Assembly (NCBI GenBank): GCA_963806225.1
Contig: CAWDXG010000004.1
Coordinates: 1,536,001 to 1,600,000, forward strand
Reading direction: 5' to 3'
Origin: an uncultured delta proteobacterium
GTDB taxonomy: Bacteria > Myxococcota_A > Polyangia > Polyangiales > Polyangiaceae
DNA: 64,000 nt
Below are positions 1-9,800 of this stretch, piece after piece. The notes below the pieces were generated by a model. The model did no database searches, was not told the DNA's origin, and was given only the letters and a program-made list of their open reading frames with translations. Positions within the stretch are counted from its first letter, which is position 1; each line of letters begins with the position of its first letter. The position numbers and the translations under genes were made by a program.

Positions 1-102
1 GAAGGCCCGCAGCGGCCCCCGAGCCGGTGGCCCGGAGGCCCCGCCGAGGGCCGAACAGTCCACGGACAATGTCCGCGGACGTGCAAGTAAGCGAAAAGAT
101 TG

Positions 103-186
103 TGCGAAGGGGGGGACTTGAACCCCCATGGGAGTTACCCCACTAGCACCTCAAGCTAGCGCGTCTGCCAGTTCCGCCACCTTCGC
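103..186 (-). tRNA. tRNA-Leu (anticodon GAG)
   Basis: Reverse complement GCGAAGGTGGCGGAACTGGCAGACGCGCTAGCTTGAGGTGCTAGTGGGGTAACTCCCATGGGGGTTCAAGTCCCCCCCTTCGCA: acceptor stem GCGAAGG/CCTTCGC, anticodon stem CTAGC/GCTAG around TT-GAG-GT, long variable arm, GGTTCAAGTCC T-arm. CCA not encoded. Confidence 0.96.
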
Positions 187-485
187 AGATGATTTCGTGG
201 GCAATCGGCGGGCAATGATTGCCCAAGCCGGTCACTTCTGGAATCGCAAGGGAGAGGGGGTCTACCTCACCCAGGGCCAGCTCGGCAAGTGCCTTTGCTT
301 CCTGCCGATACCGGAGCAGCTCCGCGGACTTGTGGCCGCTACGCTGGCGCACCCAGTCCTCCCCCACCCCGCTGGCCAGGCTGCGGGTCACGAAGCTCCG
401 GCGGAAGGAGTGGGAACGCCCGAACTGCGAAGTCGATCCCCGGGGCTATGCTGATCGAATCCAAAGGGCGCAGGCGCCCGGACGG

Positions 486-1301
486 CTAGCGCCCCGTTCG
501 CTCCAGCAAACTGTCGAGACGCCCCACCCGATCTCCCAGCATCCGCGCCATCACTTTCTGCACGTCGCGCCCCCTGCGCTGCGAGAGCAGCGTGATGTCG
601 AGCGCAATCTGGCTCGTCGCCACCTCCGCCGTCGGCGGCGTCTCGCTGACCACCCCGAGATCGCGATCGTCCTTGTTCTCGGCCGAGGCGATCAGCGTGC
701 GCAGGTCGTCGGCCACCACCACCAGACGGTGCTTCCAGAACGCCTCGAGCTCGGCCTCGTCCAGCCCATAGGAGAACACCTCGCCAGGCAAGCGCGGCAA
801 TGCGGCATGCGAGAAGACAACAAGGAATACCTTGCGACGCGCAGTGCGACGCAGCCCCGGCACGAGCTGTACGATTTCCCGTGGCCAGCCGCTCAGCACC
901 AGCCGCTCCTTGGCGCCGCGGATCAGGTGCTCCGCCTCCTCGATCACGCGGGTGTAGCCGCGCACGCTGAAAGCGTCGGGGGCGACGGGCGAGGCATCCA
1001 GCTTGCTGATCGCGTCTTCGAGCGCGCCGGCCGATTGCTCGAAGCGCTTGCGCAACAGGACCACGACTTCTTCAGGAGGCGTGGGGGCGAACAGTTCCGG
1101 AGTGCCGGCAATGGATCGCGCCGCCCCCGCTGCGACGAGCCTCCGGAGCACGCCGTACACCGCCGAGCGCGGGATCCCGGCCCGGACGCTCACTTCGTAT
1201 CCTGTCGCGGGGCTGCCGAGCACGAGCGCGTGGTAGGCGCGCGACTCGTTCAGGCTGAATCCCAGGCGCACCAGCGCGCCTACGACGTCAGGCTCGCTCA
1301 T
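486..1301 (-). CDS. TrmB-family transcriptional regulator
   Basis: N-terminal LVRLGFSLNESRAYHAL...ATGYEVSVRAGIPRSAVYGVLRRL winged helix typical of TrmB, followed by a putative effector-binding domain; start taken at MSEPDVV. Confidence 0.85.
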   Translation of the reverse strand: MSEPDVVGALVRLGFSLNESRAYHALVLGSPATGYEVSVRAGIPRSAVYGVLRRLVAAGAARSIAGTPELFAPTPPEEVVVLLRKRFEQSAGALEDAISKLDASPVAPDAFSVRGYTRVIEEAEHLIRGAKERLVLSGWPREIVQLVPGLRRTARRKVFLVVFSHAALPRLPGEVFSYGLDEAELEAFWKHRLVVVADDLRTLIASAENKDDRDLGVVSETPPTAEVATSQIALDITLLSQRRGRDVQKVMARMLGDRVGRLDSLLERTGR

Positions 1302-1434
1302 GCCCCTGTCTCTCACGAATCGAGCCGCCTCGTTGAGAAATCGCAACGGAAAAGCCGCGAAGAATTGCGCGTCATCAACGATTCCAACCTTTCGCTGGGC
1401 AAGGGGGCCGCGCCTCCTTGACGCACCCGGCGAA

Positions 1435-1464
1435 CATTAGTAACTCACCTCTGAGTTACTAATG
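1435..1464. promoter_or_regulatory. Perfect AT-rich inverted repeat, probable operator between the divergent TrmB and lipoprotein genes
   Basis: CATTAGTAACTCA-cctc-TGAGTTACTAATG (13-bp arms), just downstream of a TTGACG -35-like hexamer (1418-1423) and running into the GGAGG RBS. Confidence 0.7.
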
Positions 1465-1479
1465 GGAGGGCCCATCACC

Positions 1480-2895
1480 ATGCGCTCGCACCTCGCCATC
1501 GCTCTCGCTTTCGCCGCCAGCTTGCTCGTCGCCTGCAGCGGTCAGCCGCAGCACAAGAACGCCGACGAGGCTGCAGCTCGCGTCGCCGAGCACCTCGACT
1601 CGACCACCCTCCCGGCCGACGCGGACCTTTCCACGCCCCCGCCGGCGACCTTGTACTTCGCGCCCGACTGGAAGCAGAGCGTCTCGGACACGGTGTACGC
1701 CGGAGCCACGCTCGCGGTCGAGGCCAGCCCCACGCGCTTCCCCAAGTGCGGCATCAGCGGCACCGTGACCGTGAGCGCGCTGCTCGACGACGGCAGCGTC
1801 ATCGAGTCCACGCTCGATCAGCGGACCCAGTGGTGGGCCGCGGGCTCGCTGGCGATCCCGACGGGCGCGCACCAGATCCAGCTCTGGCTTCGCTCCGAGC
1901 GAGCCGACGGCTGCGTGGAATACGACAGCAACTTCGAGAAGAACTACAGCTTCGCCGTTCACGCCTGGGACCCGATCACCGTCCACTTCAAGTCGGACTG
2001 GTCCGAGCTGGCCGATGCCCCGCTCGTGGCGGGTGGCGTGCTGGTCGTGGACTACGACATGGCGCGGCTGCCGAAGTGCCGGGACAGCTACCGCGACATC
2101 CCCACCTGGGACGTGCTCGCTCACCTGCGTTTCGATACCGGCGAGCAGATGACCCAGACCGTGGCCAATTGGGATGCGCCCTACGGTGTGAAGAAGACCG
2201 CGGCGCCCGGCCTGGCGGTGTTCCCCATCCCCGAGGGTGCGCGGCACGTGGAGCTGTGGTTCGAGAACAGCGAGTGGACGCCCGGCTACCCGCTGCCCGC
2301 CGGCTGCCCGGCGTGGGACAGCAACTACGGCAAGAACTACCCGTTCGAGATCGTGCCTCCGAAGGCCGCGCCGCCGCGGGTCGGATGGGCCGGTGAGTTC
2401 AACTTCGTGACCTTCCATCGCGCGCCCGAAACGGACCTGGGCGATGTCGATCCGGCCTACTGCTTCGACAGCTACGCCGGCAGCGAGCTCAGCACCTGGG
2501 TCGAAGCGCAGGTCTGGATCCCGGGCGTCACCGATCAGCAATACGCTTCGGACGCCGATGCGGCACAGGCGGCATCGAGCCTGGTCCAGGCTCGCGCCGT
2601 CACCGATGCGCTCACGGGTGACGTCGACGGCTGGGGCACGTACAAGCTCCGGTTCGTCCGCCAGCAAGGGCACAACTTCGTGTACGCGTTCGACTTCTGG
2701 AAGCTGCGCTACGCCATGTACGTCGATTCACCCGTCGCGGCCGGCCTGTATCACTACTACTTCCAGTTCTCGGCGGACGGCGGTGCCAGCTGGACCTCCG
2801 CGGGCCACGACGGCGGCAGCGCGCGCCGCTTCGTGGTCGCCCCGAAGCTCGACTGCACGCTGTTCCCCGACCACGCCCCGTCGGGCTGCCCGTGA
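1480..2895 (+). CDS. Lipoprotein with two tandem DUF6209-like domains
   Basis: Lipobox LLVAC; two repeats of F..DW...AG..L.V......P.C...LW......C...DSN..KNY.F; GGAGG RBS upstream. Confidence 0.7.
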   Translation: MRSHLAIALAFAASLLVACSGQPQHKNADEAAARVAEHLDSTTLPADADLSTPPPATLYFAPDWKQSVSDTVYAGATLAVEASPTRFPKCGISGTVTVSALLDDGSVIESTLDQRTQWWAAGSLAIPTGAHQIQLWLRSERADGCVEYDSNFEKNYSFAVHAWDPITVHFKSDWSELADAPLVAGGVLVVDYDMARLPKCRDSYRDIPTWDVLAHLRFDTGEQMTQTVANWDAPYGVKKTAAPGLAVFPIPEGARHVELWFENSEWTPGYPLPAGCPAWDSNYGKNYPFEIVPPKAAPPRVGWAGEFNFVTFHRAPETDLGDVDPAYCFDSYAGSELSTWVEAQVWIPGVTDQQYASDADAAQAASSLVQARAVTDALTGDVDGWGTYKLRFVRQQGHNFVYAFDFWKLRYAMYVDSPVAAGLYHYYFQFSADGGASWTSAGHDGGSARRFVVAPKLDCTLFPDHAPSGCP

Positions 2896-2988
2896 GCTAG
2901 TGAGCTAGCGGCGCAGAGCGTTCTGAGCGCAGACGCGCGGGATACTGCGACGAAAACGGCTGTTCCGGCTCCGGGCCCCGACGCGGGC

Positions 2989-4086
2989 TCAACCGGGCCG
3001 GAGCACCCGTTCGAGCGCAGCGATGACCTCGCCCATCTCGAACGGCTTGCGCACCCAGGCGGCGAAGGCGTGGGCGAGCGAGCCGGGTATGCCGTCGGGT
3101 GCGCCGCTGATGAGGATCACAGGCAGGCCAGCGTCGCCTCGACGCAGCGTTGCGAGCGCGTGTTCGGGATCGTCCACGATCGGCGACAGATCCACCAGCG
3201 CGGCGTCGAGGATCGCTCCGCGGCTCATGACGCGCTCGAGCTCCGACCGTCCACCCGCCACGAGGACCTGCACGCCGCGTGCTTCGAGCGCCAGCTCCAG
3301 CAGCGAGCGCACCGCGGGATCGTCCTCGACGACGAGCACGCGCGCGCCGTCGAGCGAACGGGTCCTGGGAGGCACGCTGCGCGCACCAGAACGCGCTTCA
3401 CTGAGCGGCCAGCCAAGCTCGAAGCAGGCGCCCGGCCCCGTGCGCGCCAGGCGCAGCTCGCCTCCGTGCAGACGCGCCAGCGCGTTCGAATAGCGGAGTC
3501 CGATCCCCGCCCCACCCCGCCTCGTCGAATCCGGCGCGGACAGCAGCGAATCCGCGCGATCGGCCGGGATGCCGGGCCCCTGGTCCATCACCTCGAACAC
3601 GACGTGCGTCGCGCTCCGGTCGACCCGGATCGTCACGACACCGTGGGACGGCGAGAAGGCGACCGCGTTGAGCAGCAGGTTCAACAGGATCTGTTGCGCC
3701 TCGGCGCCGCTGCAGAGGAGCACGTTGTCATCAATGGACACGTCCAGCCTGATCTGCACGCCCTTCTTCTCGGCCTCCTGCGCGACCCCCAGAATCGCCT
3801 GCCGGACGAGCGTCACGGCGCTGCGATCCGTCTCGTCACCGGACACTTCGGCGCCGATCGCGCGACGGGCAATGCGGTGGCCGAGCCTCGCGTGGACACG
3901 GGCGACCTCCAGCGCCTCGCGGACGGAAGCTGCATCGACCTCGGTACTTGCGGCCTCGAGCCAGCCGAGAACGACCGTCAGCGCGTTGGAGACCTCGTGC
4001 AGGGCGGCAGCCAGATCTCCATCGGACTCCGCCGCCTGGACAGAGTCGAGCGCGAAACGCAACGCCTGGGGGCTGTTCACGGTCAC
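2989..4086 (-). CDS. Cytoplasmic hybrid histidine kinase/response regulator
   Basis: H-box LHEVSNAL, N-box NLLLNA, DQGPGIP, GAGIGL; receiver LVVEDD...VDL...KPF; no sensor or TM domain. Confidence 0.9.
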   Translation of the reverse strand: MTVNSPQALRFALDSVQAAESDGDLAAALHEVSNALTVVLGWLEAASTEVDAASVREALEVARVHARLGHRIARRAIGAEVSGDETDRSAVTLVRQAILGVAQEAEKKGVQIRLDVSIDDNVLLCSGAEAQQILLNLLLNAVAFSPSHGVVTIRVDRSATHVVFEVMDQGPGIPADRADSLLSAPDSTRRGGAGIGLRYSNALARLHGGELRLARTGPGACFELGWPLSEARSGARSVPPRTRSLDGARVLVVEDDPAVRSLLELALEARGVQVLVAGGRSELERVMSRGAILDAALVDLSPIVDDPEHALATLRRGDAGLPVILISGAPDGIPGSLAHAFAAWVRKPFEMGEVIAALERVLRPG

Positions 4087-4266
4087 AAGAATATTACAGC
4101 TGTGCTCATGCCGCTACCGGCCGCCACCCAGAAGCAGGGATGACCCTGCTTCTGGCCACGCCGGGGCCTACGCGATGCGTCGTACCGCGAGCCGCGCGGC
4201 ACACGCAAGCGGAGTCGATGCCGATGCGCGGCCCTGTTTCCAGCAGCGCTGGATGGCGCGGGTGCG

Positions 4267-6090
4267 CTAGTTCAGCCGTGCGGGCAGCAGCAGCGTGTAG
4301 TTCCCCTGACCGTCGGCGCGCGTCTCGGCGATGGGGAGCACGGAAGTCGCGCCCGCTGGATCGCTCGTATACGACTGCTGAGCGTCCATGAAGATGTATG
4401 CGCGGACCAATGCACCGGGTACTGCAGACCCGGCGTCGCTGGGGAGCACACTTACCAGGCCCGAGTAGACCACCGGCAGCGGCATCTTCATCTGTCCGAG
4501 GTCCTCGAGGCCGCTCTTCACCTGCACGTTCGAACGCACCAGCCACGGGAAGCCCGTGCCGTCAGGAGGCCGCACGGACACGTCGAACGCGCCGGGATCG
4601 GTCCGCAGCGTGAACAGTCCCTTGTCGTCAACCACGTCGCTGGACGCGCGCGGCACCAGCGGCGCGTTGCCGAGCGCGGCTTCGAGCACGCTGGCGTGAG
4701 ACTTGGACGGCGAGGCCACGGCCTGTACAGGCGCGCCCACCAGCGGATCGTTTCCTGCGGGCGTGAGCACGCTGCCGGAGAGCTTCGCGCTGGCGTCGAG
4801 GCCGAGCACCTTGCCCGCCTGGACCGACGGTGTCGCGCCCACCGTCCAGATCGTCTCGTACGCGGCGAGCCCGGGGTCCTTGGGGACGACCTGCACGTGG
4901 TAGGTCCCGGGCAACAGCTTGGCGCTGAAGCGCCCCTGGGAATCGGTCTCGTAGCTCTTGATGTAGGAGCCGAGGGTGCCGTTCTGGAGCCCGTCGAGAT
5001 CGGTTGCGCTCAGCGTGACCGTCGCCTTCGCGGGAACGAGCGTGTCGTTCTCCTCCACCGTTCCCTTCAGCTTCACCGGGCTGGGCAGATCGGCGAACTG
5101 ATCCACCTCCACTTTGGTGGTGGACATCAGCTGCAGTGCGGACCGATCCATGTAGAAGGTCGGCGCGTCCACGCCGTCGGGAGGCGACAGCTCGATGAGC
5201 TCGTGGCCGATGCCCTTCTGATCGCCGCCAACCACCGTGGAGTAGTCGAAGTCCACCTGGTAGACGACCGGGTCGGCTGTCGGGTCGTCGGATGAGAGCT
5301 TCACCGGATTGGACAGCACGGCGTCCGTGATCGAATCGACCATGCGCGCGCTCCAGCCATCGAACGACATCGCGCCGTTGGGCTGCGACAGCGTCATGGA
5401 GAACTGGGAAGGCGCGGGCAGCACGAGCGGCAGCGTGACCTTCCCGCCTTCGACGTGCTGATGGCGGAAGAGCTGGGGGGGCACGTTGCAGAGCGGCTTG
5501 TCGGGGTTCGCGGGCAGCGTCGGCTCCACGTAGATGTCATACTCGCCTGGCGGCAGCGTCACGGAGAAGCGGTTGCCCGAGAACGACTCGCCGTTCGGGC
5601 CCGTCGTCGGCCCGAACGAAGTCTCGACCATGGCCGTACCCGACGACCAGCCCAGCGAGCCCGCGCTCGAGGTGAACGTGACCTTGCCCGGCACGCTGCC
5701 GTCGCTCGCCTTGCCGGTGTCGAACGTGCAGCCAAGAAGGCTCTGGAAGTCCGCTTTCGTCGGCACGAACGTGCCGCGCAGATCCGTCACGTTGTCCAGA
5801 GACAGATCCAGCTGACCACCATCCGTGTGAAGCCGCTGTAGCGTCTTGAGGAAGCGGATGCCCGCGAAGCCGCCCACCGAGGTCGCCGGGGGCGTGATCT
5901 CGAACATGACGGTGCTGAACTTGCCTTGGGCCGCCCGGCACATGCCGCCCGTGCACACGCCGCCGCTGCCGCAGTCGTCGCTGGTCTTGCACTGGTTCTT
6001 GGTCGGCTGCAGCGACTGGTCCTTCACCGCCGAGATGGAGCACCCCGCCGAGAGCAGCGAAACAAGACTGAACGCAAGCAGGTGTCTCAT
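4267..6090 (-). CDS. Lipoprotein with Cys-rich N-terminal motif and carboxypeptidase-regulatory-like beta-sandwich repeats
   Basis: MRHLLAFSLVSLLSAGC lipobox; CKTSDDCGSGGVCTGGMC; repeated TD..G.F...L.PG.Y.V motifs. Confidence 0.7.
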   Translation of the reverse strand: MRHLLAFSLVSLLSAGCSISAVKDQSLQPTKNQCKTSDDCGSGGVCTGGMCRAAQGKFSTVMFEITPPATSVGGFAGIRFLKTLQRLHTDGGQLDLSLDNVTDLRGTFVPTKADFQSLLGCTFDTGKASDGSVPGKVTFTSSAGSLGWSSGTAMVETSFGPTTGPNGESFSGNRFSVTLPPGEYDIYVEPTLPANPDKPLCNVPPQLFRHQHVEGGKVTLPLVLPAPSQFSMTLSQPNGAMSFDGWSARMVDSITDAVLSNPVKLSSDDPTADPVVYQVDFDYSTVVGGDQKGIGHELIELSPPDGVDAPTFYMDRSALQLMSTTKVEVDQFADLPSPVKLKGTVEENDTLVPAKATVTLSATDLDGLQNGTLGSYIKSYETDSQGRFSAKLLPGTYHVQVVPKDPGLAAYETIWTVGATPSVQAGKVLGLDASAKLSGSVLTPAGNDPLVGAPVQAVASPSKSHASVLEAALGNAPLVPRASSDVVDDKGLFTLRTDPGAFDVSVRPPDGTGFPWLVRSNVQVKSGLEDLGQMKMPLPVVYSGLVSVLPSDAGSAVPGALVRAYIFMDAQQSYTSDPAGATSVLPIAETRADGQGNYTLLLPARLN

Positions 6091-6731
6091 GGGCTCTGCG
6101 TGAGGCAATCCGAAAGTGGAGGCACGTTGTTCTTGTCCGTAACTACGTTGACCCACCACGTCGCAAGCGCGATGTCGTTCTGATCGAAGTACTCGCCGGT
6201 GTTGGTATTCGCCTTGGAGAGATGCGTCACCAGCAGCGTGAGCGTGTGACAGCCCGGTTGGCTGTTCACCTGCCAGGACACGCTGATGGGGCGTTCGGGG
6301 TTGTTGAAGGAGGTCGACGGAGAGGCATAGCCCCAGTTCTGGTATTCCGGATTGCTGCTCCCGTAGTCCACGAAGAGCAGACCCGCGAGCGGGTCATTGG
6401 CGTCTCCGGAGCGCACCGGCACCGAGATATCGACCCGGGTGGGAGGTGTCCCGCTGGTCTTCGTGGTCGCTACGATGACCTGCTGCAGCGACGGAACAGC
6501 TTGCGCCAGGTCCAGAAAGGGCGGTGTCTGCCCCGGATCCTTGTAATCCGGGGGTCCCGCTATGACGCAGCCGCTCGAAGCAAGAGCCATCGCCGGTAAC
6601 ACTAGCGATACGCATGCCAACCGGAAAAACGTGCTGCTACGCAACGTTGCGGCAGCCCACAGGTGTGACAGGCGTGTCGCGGCCCGGTGTCGCCGCTGCA
6701 TTTCGTGCCGCGCTCGCAGGCTGGCCCGCAT
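6087..6731 (-). CDS. Hypothetical lipoprotein (start uncertain)
   Basis: Hydrophobic stretch ending in ASSGC then a globular region; stop overlaps the start of the next gene (ATGA). Confidence 0.6.
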   Translation of the reverse strand: MRASLRARHEMQRRHRAATRLSHLWAAATLRSSTFFRLACVSLVLPAMALASSGCVIAGPPDYKDPGQTPPFLDLAQAVPSLQQVIVATTKTSGTPPTRVDISVPVRSGDANDPLAGLLFVDYGSSNPEYQNWGYASPSTSFNNPERPISVSWQVNSQPGCHTLTLLVTHLSKANTNTGEYFDQNDIALATWWVNVVTDKNNVPPLSDCLTQSP

Positions 6732-6813
6732 GTGGGCGAATGTAGCCCAGCTCCGGCCTCGATGCCGGAGCAGATGCAGGCACCGAGGCGGACCGGCCCG
6801 ACGGCCGCGCCCG

Positions 6814-9800
6814 TCAGATCGCGGTGCGACCGCTGCCCTGCCGGCGGCTGCCAGGCTGCCAGCGGGCCTCGGCGTACTCCGAGCCGACCGCCAGACGCAC
6901 CAGATCGGCGATGGCGGGGCTCGCCGAGCACAGAGCGGAAAGCCCGCCCGGTTCGGAAAGCGAGCGCGGCGCGATGCTCTCGTCGGCGCACGCTTCCGCC
7001 AAGGCCACACCGAGATCCCCGGTCACGAACAGGCCCGCGCGGCGCACCGCGAGCCGCGCGGTCGCCATCGCCGCGTCGTAGTCGAGCGCGCCCGGTTCGT
7101 CGCACAGCTCGCGCAGGCGTCGCTGCGAGCGGGTGGGAATGCTCTCCCAGAGCACCTCGGCGAGGTTCGCCGCGGAACCGGGACCGCCGTGACCGTCATG
7201 CGGCGAGCCGAAGGCGAGCGACAGCCCCTTGAGCACCGCACGGGTCTGCGACTCGGGCGAGCCGAACAGGAGGACGTGCTCCGGCATCGCCGCAGCGAGC
7301 ATGGCGCCGATGTGGAAGGCGAGCGCCGTCGTCTCGCGCCTGACCTCGCCGCTCAGGATCAGCGCGGGCGGCGACAGCAGCGCCACGCTCACCGTGACAG
7401 GACCGGAGCTGCGACGCTGGAAGAGCGGAGTGCGCGTCAGGCCGAGCGCGCGCGCCGCAGTCGAGTAGATGCGGGCTACGGCCGTCGGCGCGCCCAGCGG
7501 CACCCGCTCGACGCCGGTGACCCCATAGGTGCCCGCGTCGCGCCGGAAGACGTGTTCGGCGCCTTCCCACACCAGCGCCAGCGCCTCCGCCGTCGCACCC
7601 AGCGCGTCGCGGAACAGCAGGGCCCGCACCCCGTCGGGCTGTTCGGGCTGGGCCTCCAGCGGCGGCGCATCGATCCGGGGCCGCGAGCGGTCGAAGATCC
7701 CGAGCACGTGGTCGACGGCGTGTGCGTGCGCGAGATTCCGGTCGGCGAACGCGGCGGCGTGCAACTTCTGGAGCCCCCAGACATCGCCGGGAACCAGCTC
7801 GACGACCCGACGGCAGACGTGGGCCAGATCGTGCGTGCGATCGGAGCGATTCTCGAGCTGCCTCACGAGCTCCTTGCCCGCCTCGAGCGATCCGTTGCCC
7901 AGCGCGGCGAACAGCGACGCCTCCGTCGCATTGACCGCCGGGAAGTTCCCACTGGAAATACGTCGTGGCTCGGGCGCGCCGAGATCGACGGCGGGAGCGG
8001 GCCGGGACGACGGGCGCGACGGCGGCGGGCGGCTGGACATCGAGCGGGCCGTCGGCGGCACCGAGGCGCGCGGCGAGCTGCCCGGAGGCGGCACCGAGGC
8101 GCGCGGCGAGCTGCCCGGAGGCGGCACCGAGGCGCGCGGCGAGCTGCCCGGAGGCGGCACCGAGGCGCGTGGCGAGCTGCCCGGCGGCGGTGTCGAGGCG
8201 CGTGGCGAGCTGCCCGGCGGCGGTGTCGAGGCGCGGCGCGACGGAGGCTGCTCGACCGGCCTGAGCTCGGCGTGGATTTCCGCTTGTAGCGCCAGCGCCT
8301 CGGGGCGGGTCGACCCTTCGCCCGCTGCCAGCTCCACGTAGCCCAGCGCGCGCTCCAGCTCGCCCACTTGGCGCGCTGCGCGCGCCGCTCCGAGAGCTGC
8401 GGCACCCCGCGAGCCCAGACCTCCCAGGTCGCCCGCAAGTGCCGCATCGTAGAGCGGAAGCGCACGCGCCGGCGCTTCGCCGGAGGCAAACCGCCCGGCC
8501 ATGCCCAACGCGACCAGCGGCAACGGGCCGACGGCGTCATGGGCACGCCTGAGCTCCTTCAATCCGGCTTCGGCACTGACCGCCACGTCCAGCGCCTCGG
8601 CGATCAAGAACGCCCGGAGCGCCGTCTGCTCGGGGCCGAGTGGGGACTGCACTCCGCGCAGCTCGGCGACGGTCCGGCGGGCTTGCTCGGGCGTCCCTGC
8701 CCCGCGCGCCTGGTACTCCAGGCGGCGCGCGCAGAGCTGGGGCTCGGCGAGCTCGGGAGCGATGCGGGCCGCGCGCTCCGCCCGCTCCAGCGCGCGCCCG
8801 CGGTCGCCGCCGGCTTCAGAGGCTTCGGCCGCTTCCACCAGCAGCCGGGCGCACTGCTCGGACGGCGTGTCGGGCACGAGCGCAAGCTCTTCGAGCGCAT
8901 CGGCCAGCCCGAGCGGATTCTCGCTGCGCCGCTCGACCTCGACCTCCAGCTCGAGCACCTTCCGCGAGGTAGCCCAGGCCTCCATGCCTTCCAGCACGCG
9001 GCGCGCGGAAGCGACATCGCCACCGGCCAGATAGGCCTCGCAAGCGCGGCGCGCGAGCTCGGCCGCCTCGCTGCGCTCGCGCGCGACCGCACTAGCGCGC
9101 ATCCAGAGCGGAGCGGCGCGGAGCGCGGCGCCAAGCCGTTCGTCGAGATCGGCCAGGACCCTGAGGACGCTCAGGTTGTCGCCGGTGGCGGCGAGCAGGT
9201 GCTCGAGCTCGGCGCGCGCCTCGTCGGGTCGCGCCAGGCGCTGCTCCAGCACCATGGCCCGGCGCAGCCGGATGCGACGCACGTCGTCGACCATGCTCGC
9301 GAGCGAGGCGCGGCGCGCCAGCAGATCCACGAGCTTGTCGTAGTCGCCGCTTCGCTCGGCGTCGCGCTCGAGGGCGATCAGCGCTCCGATGTCGTCCGGA
9401 TCGAGCTCCAGCACCTGCGCCCAGCGCCGGAAGGCGTTCTGCTCTTCGCCGTTCTCTTCCAGCAGCTCGGCCAGCTCGCGCAGCAGGGCGAGCCGCGCGG
9501 GCGCTTCGGTGGCCAGGTCGGACAGGCGTCCGAGCGCCTCGGCCTGGCGCCGGTGATCGCCGGCCTGGCGCGCCAACGTGACGGCGTCCGCCAGGAGCCC
9601 TTCGTCGTCCGGATGCGACGAGAGCATGGCGAGCACGACTCGGAGCGCGCGCTCGGGATCGCCCCGCGCGCTGACCAGCGCAGCGAGATCCCGGGCCGTT
9701 CTTACCCGCTCTAGAGTGCCGAGCTCCTCGCGCTCCAGCTCCAGCGCGAGCATGTGCTCCAGCGCGTCGCGACGCCCCGCGCGCCCGTACAGCTCACGCA

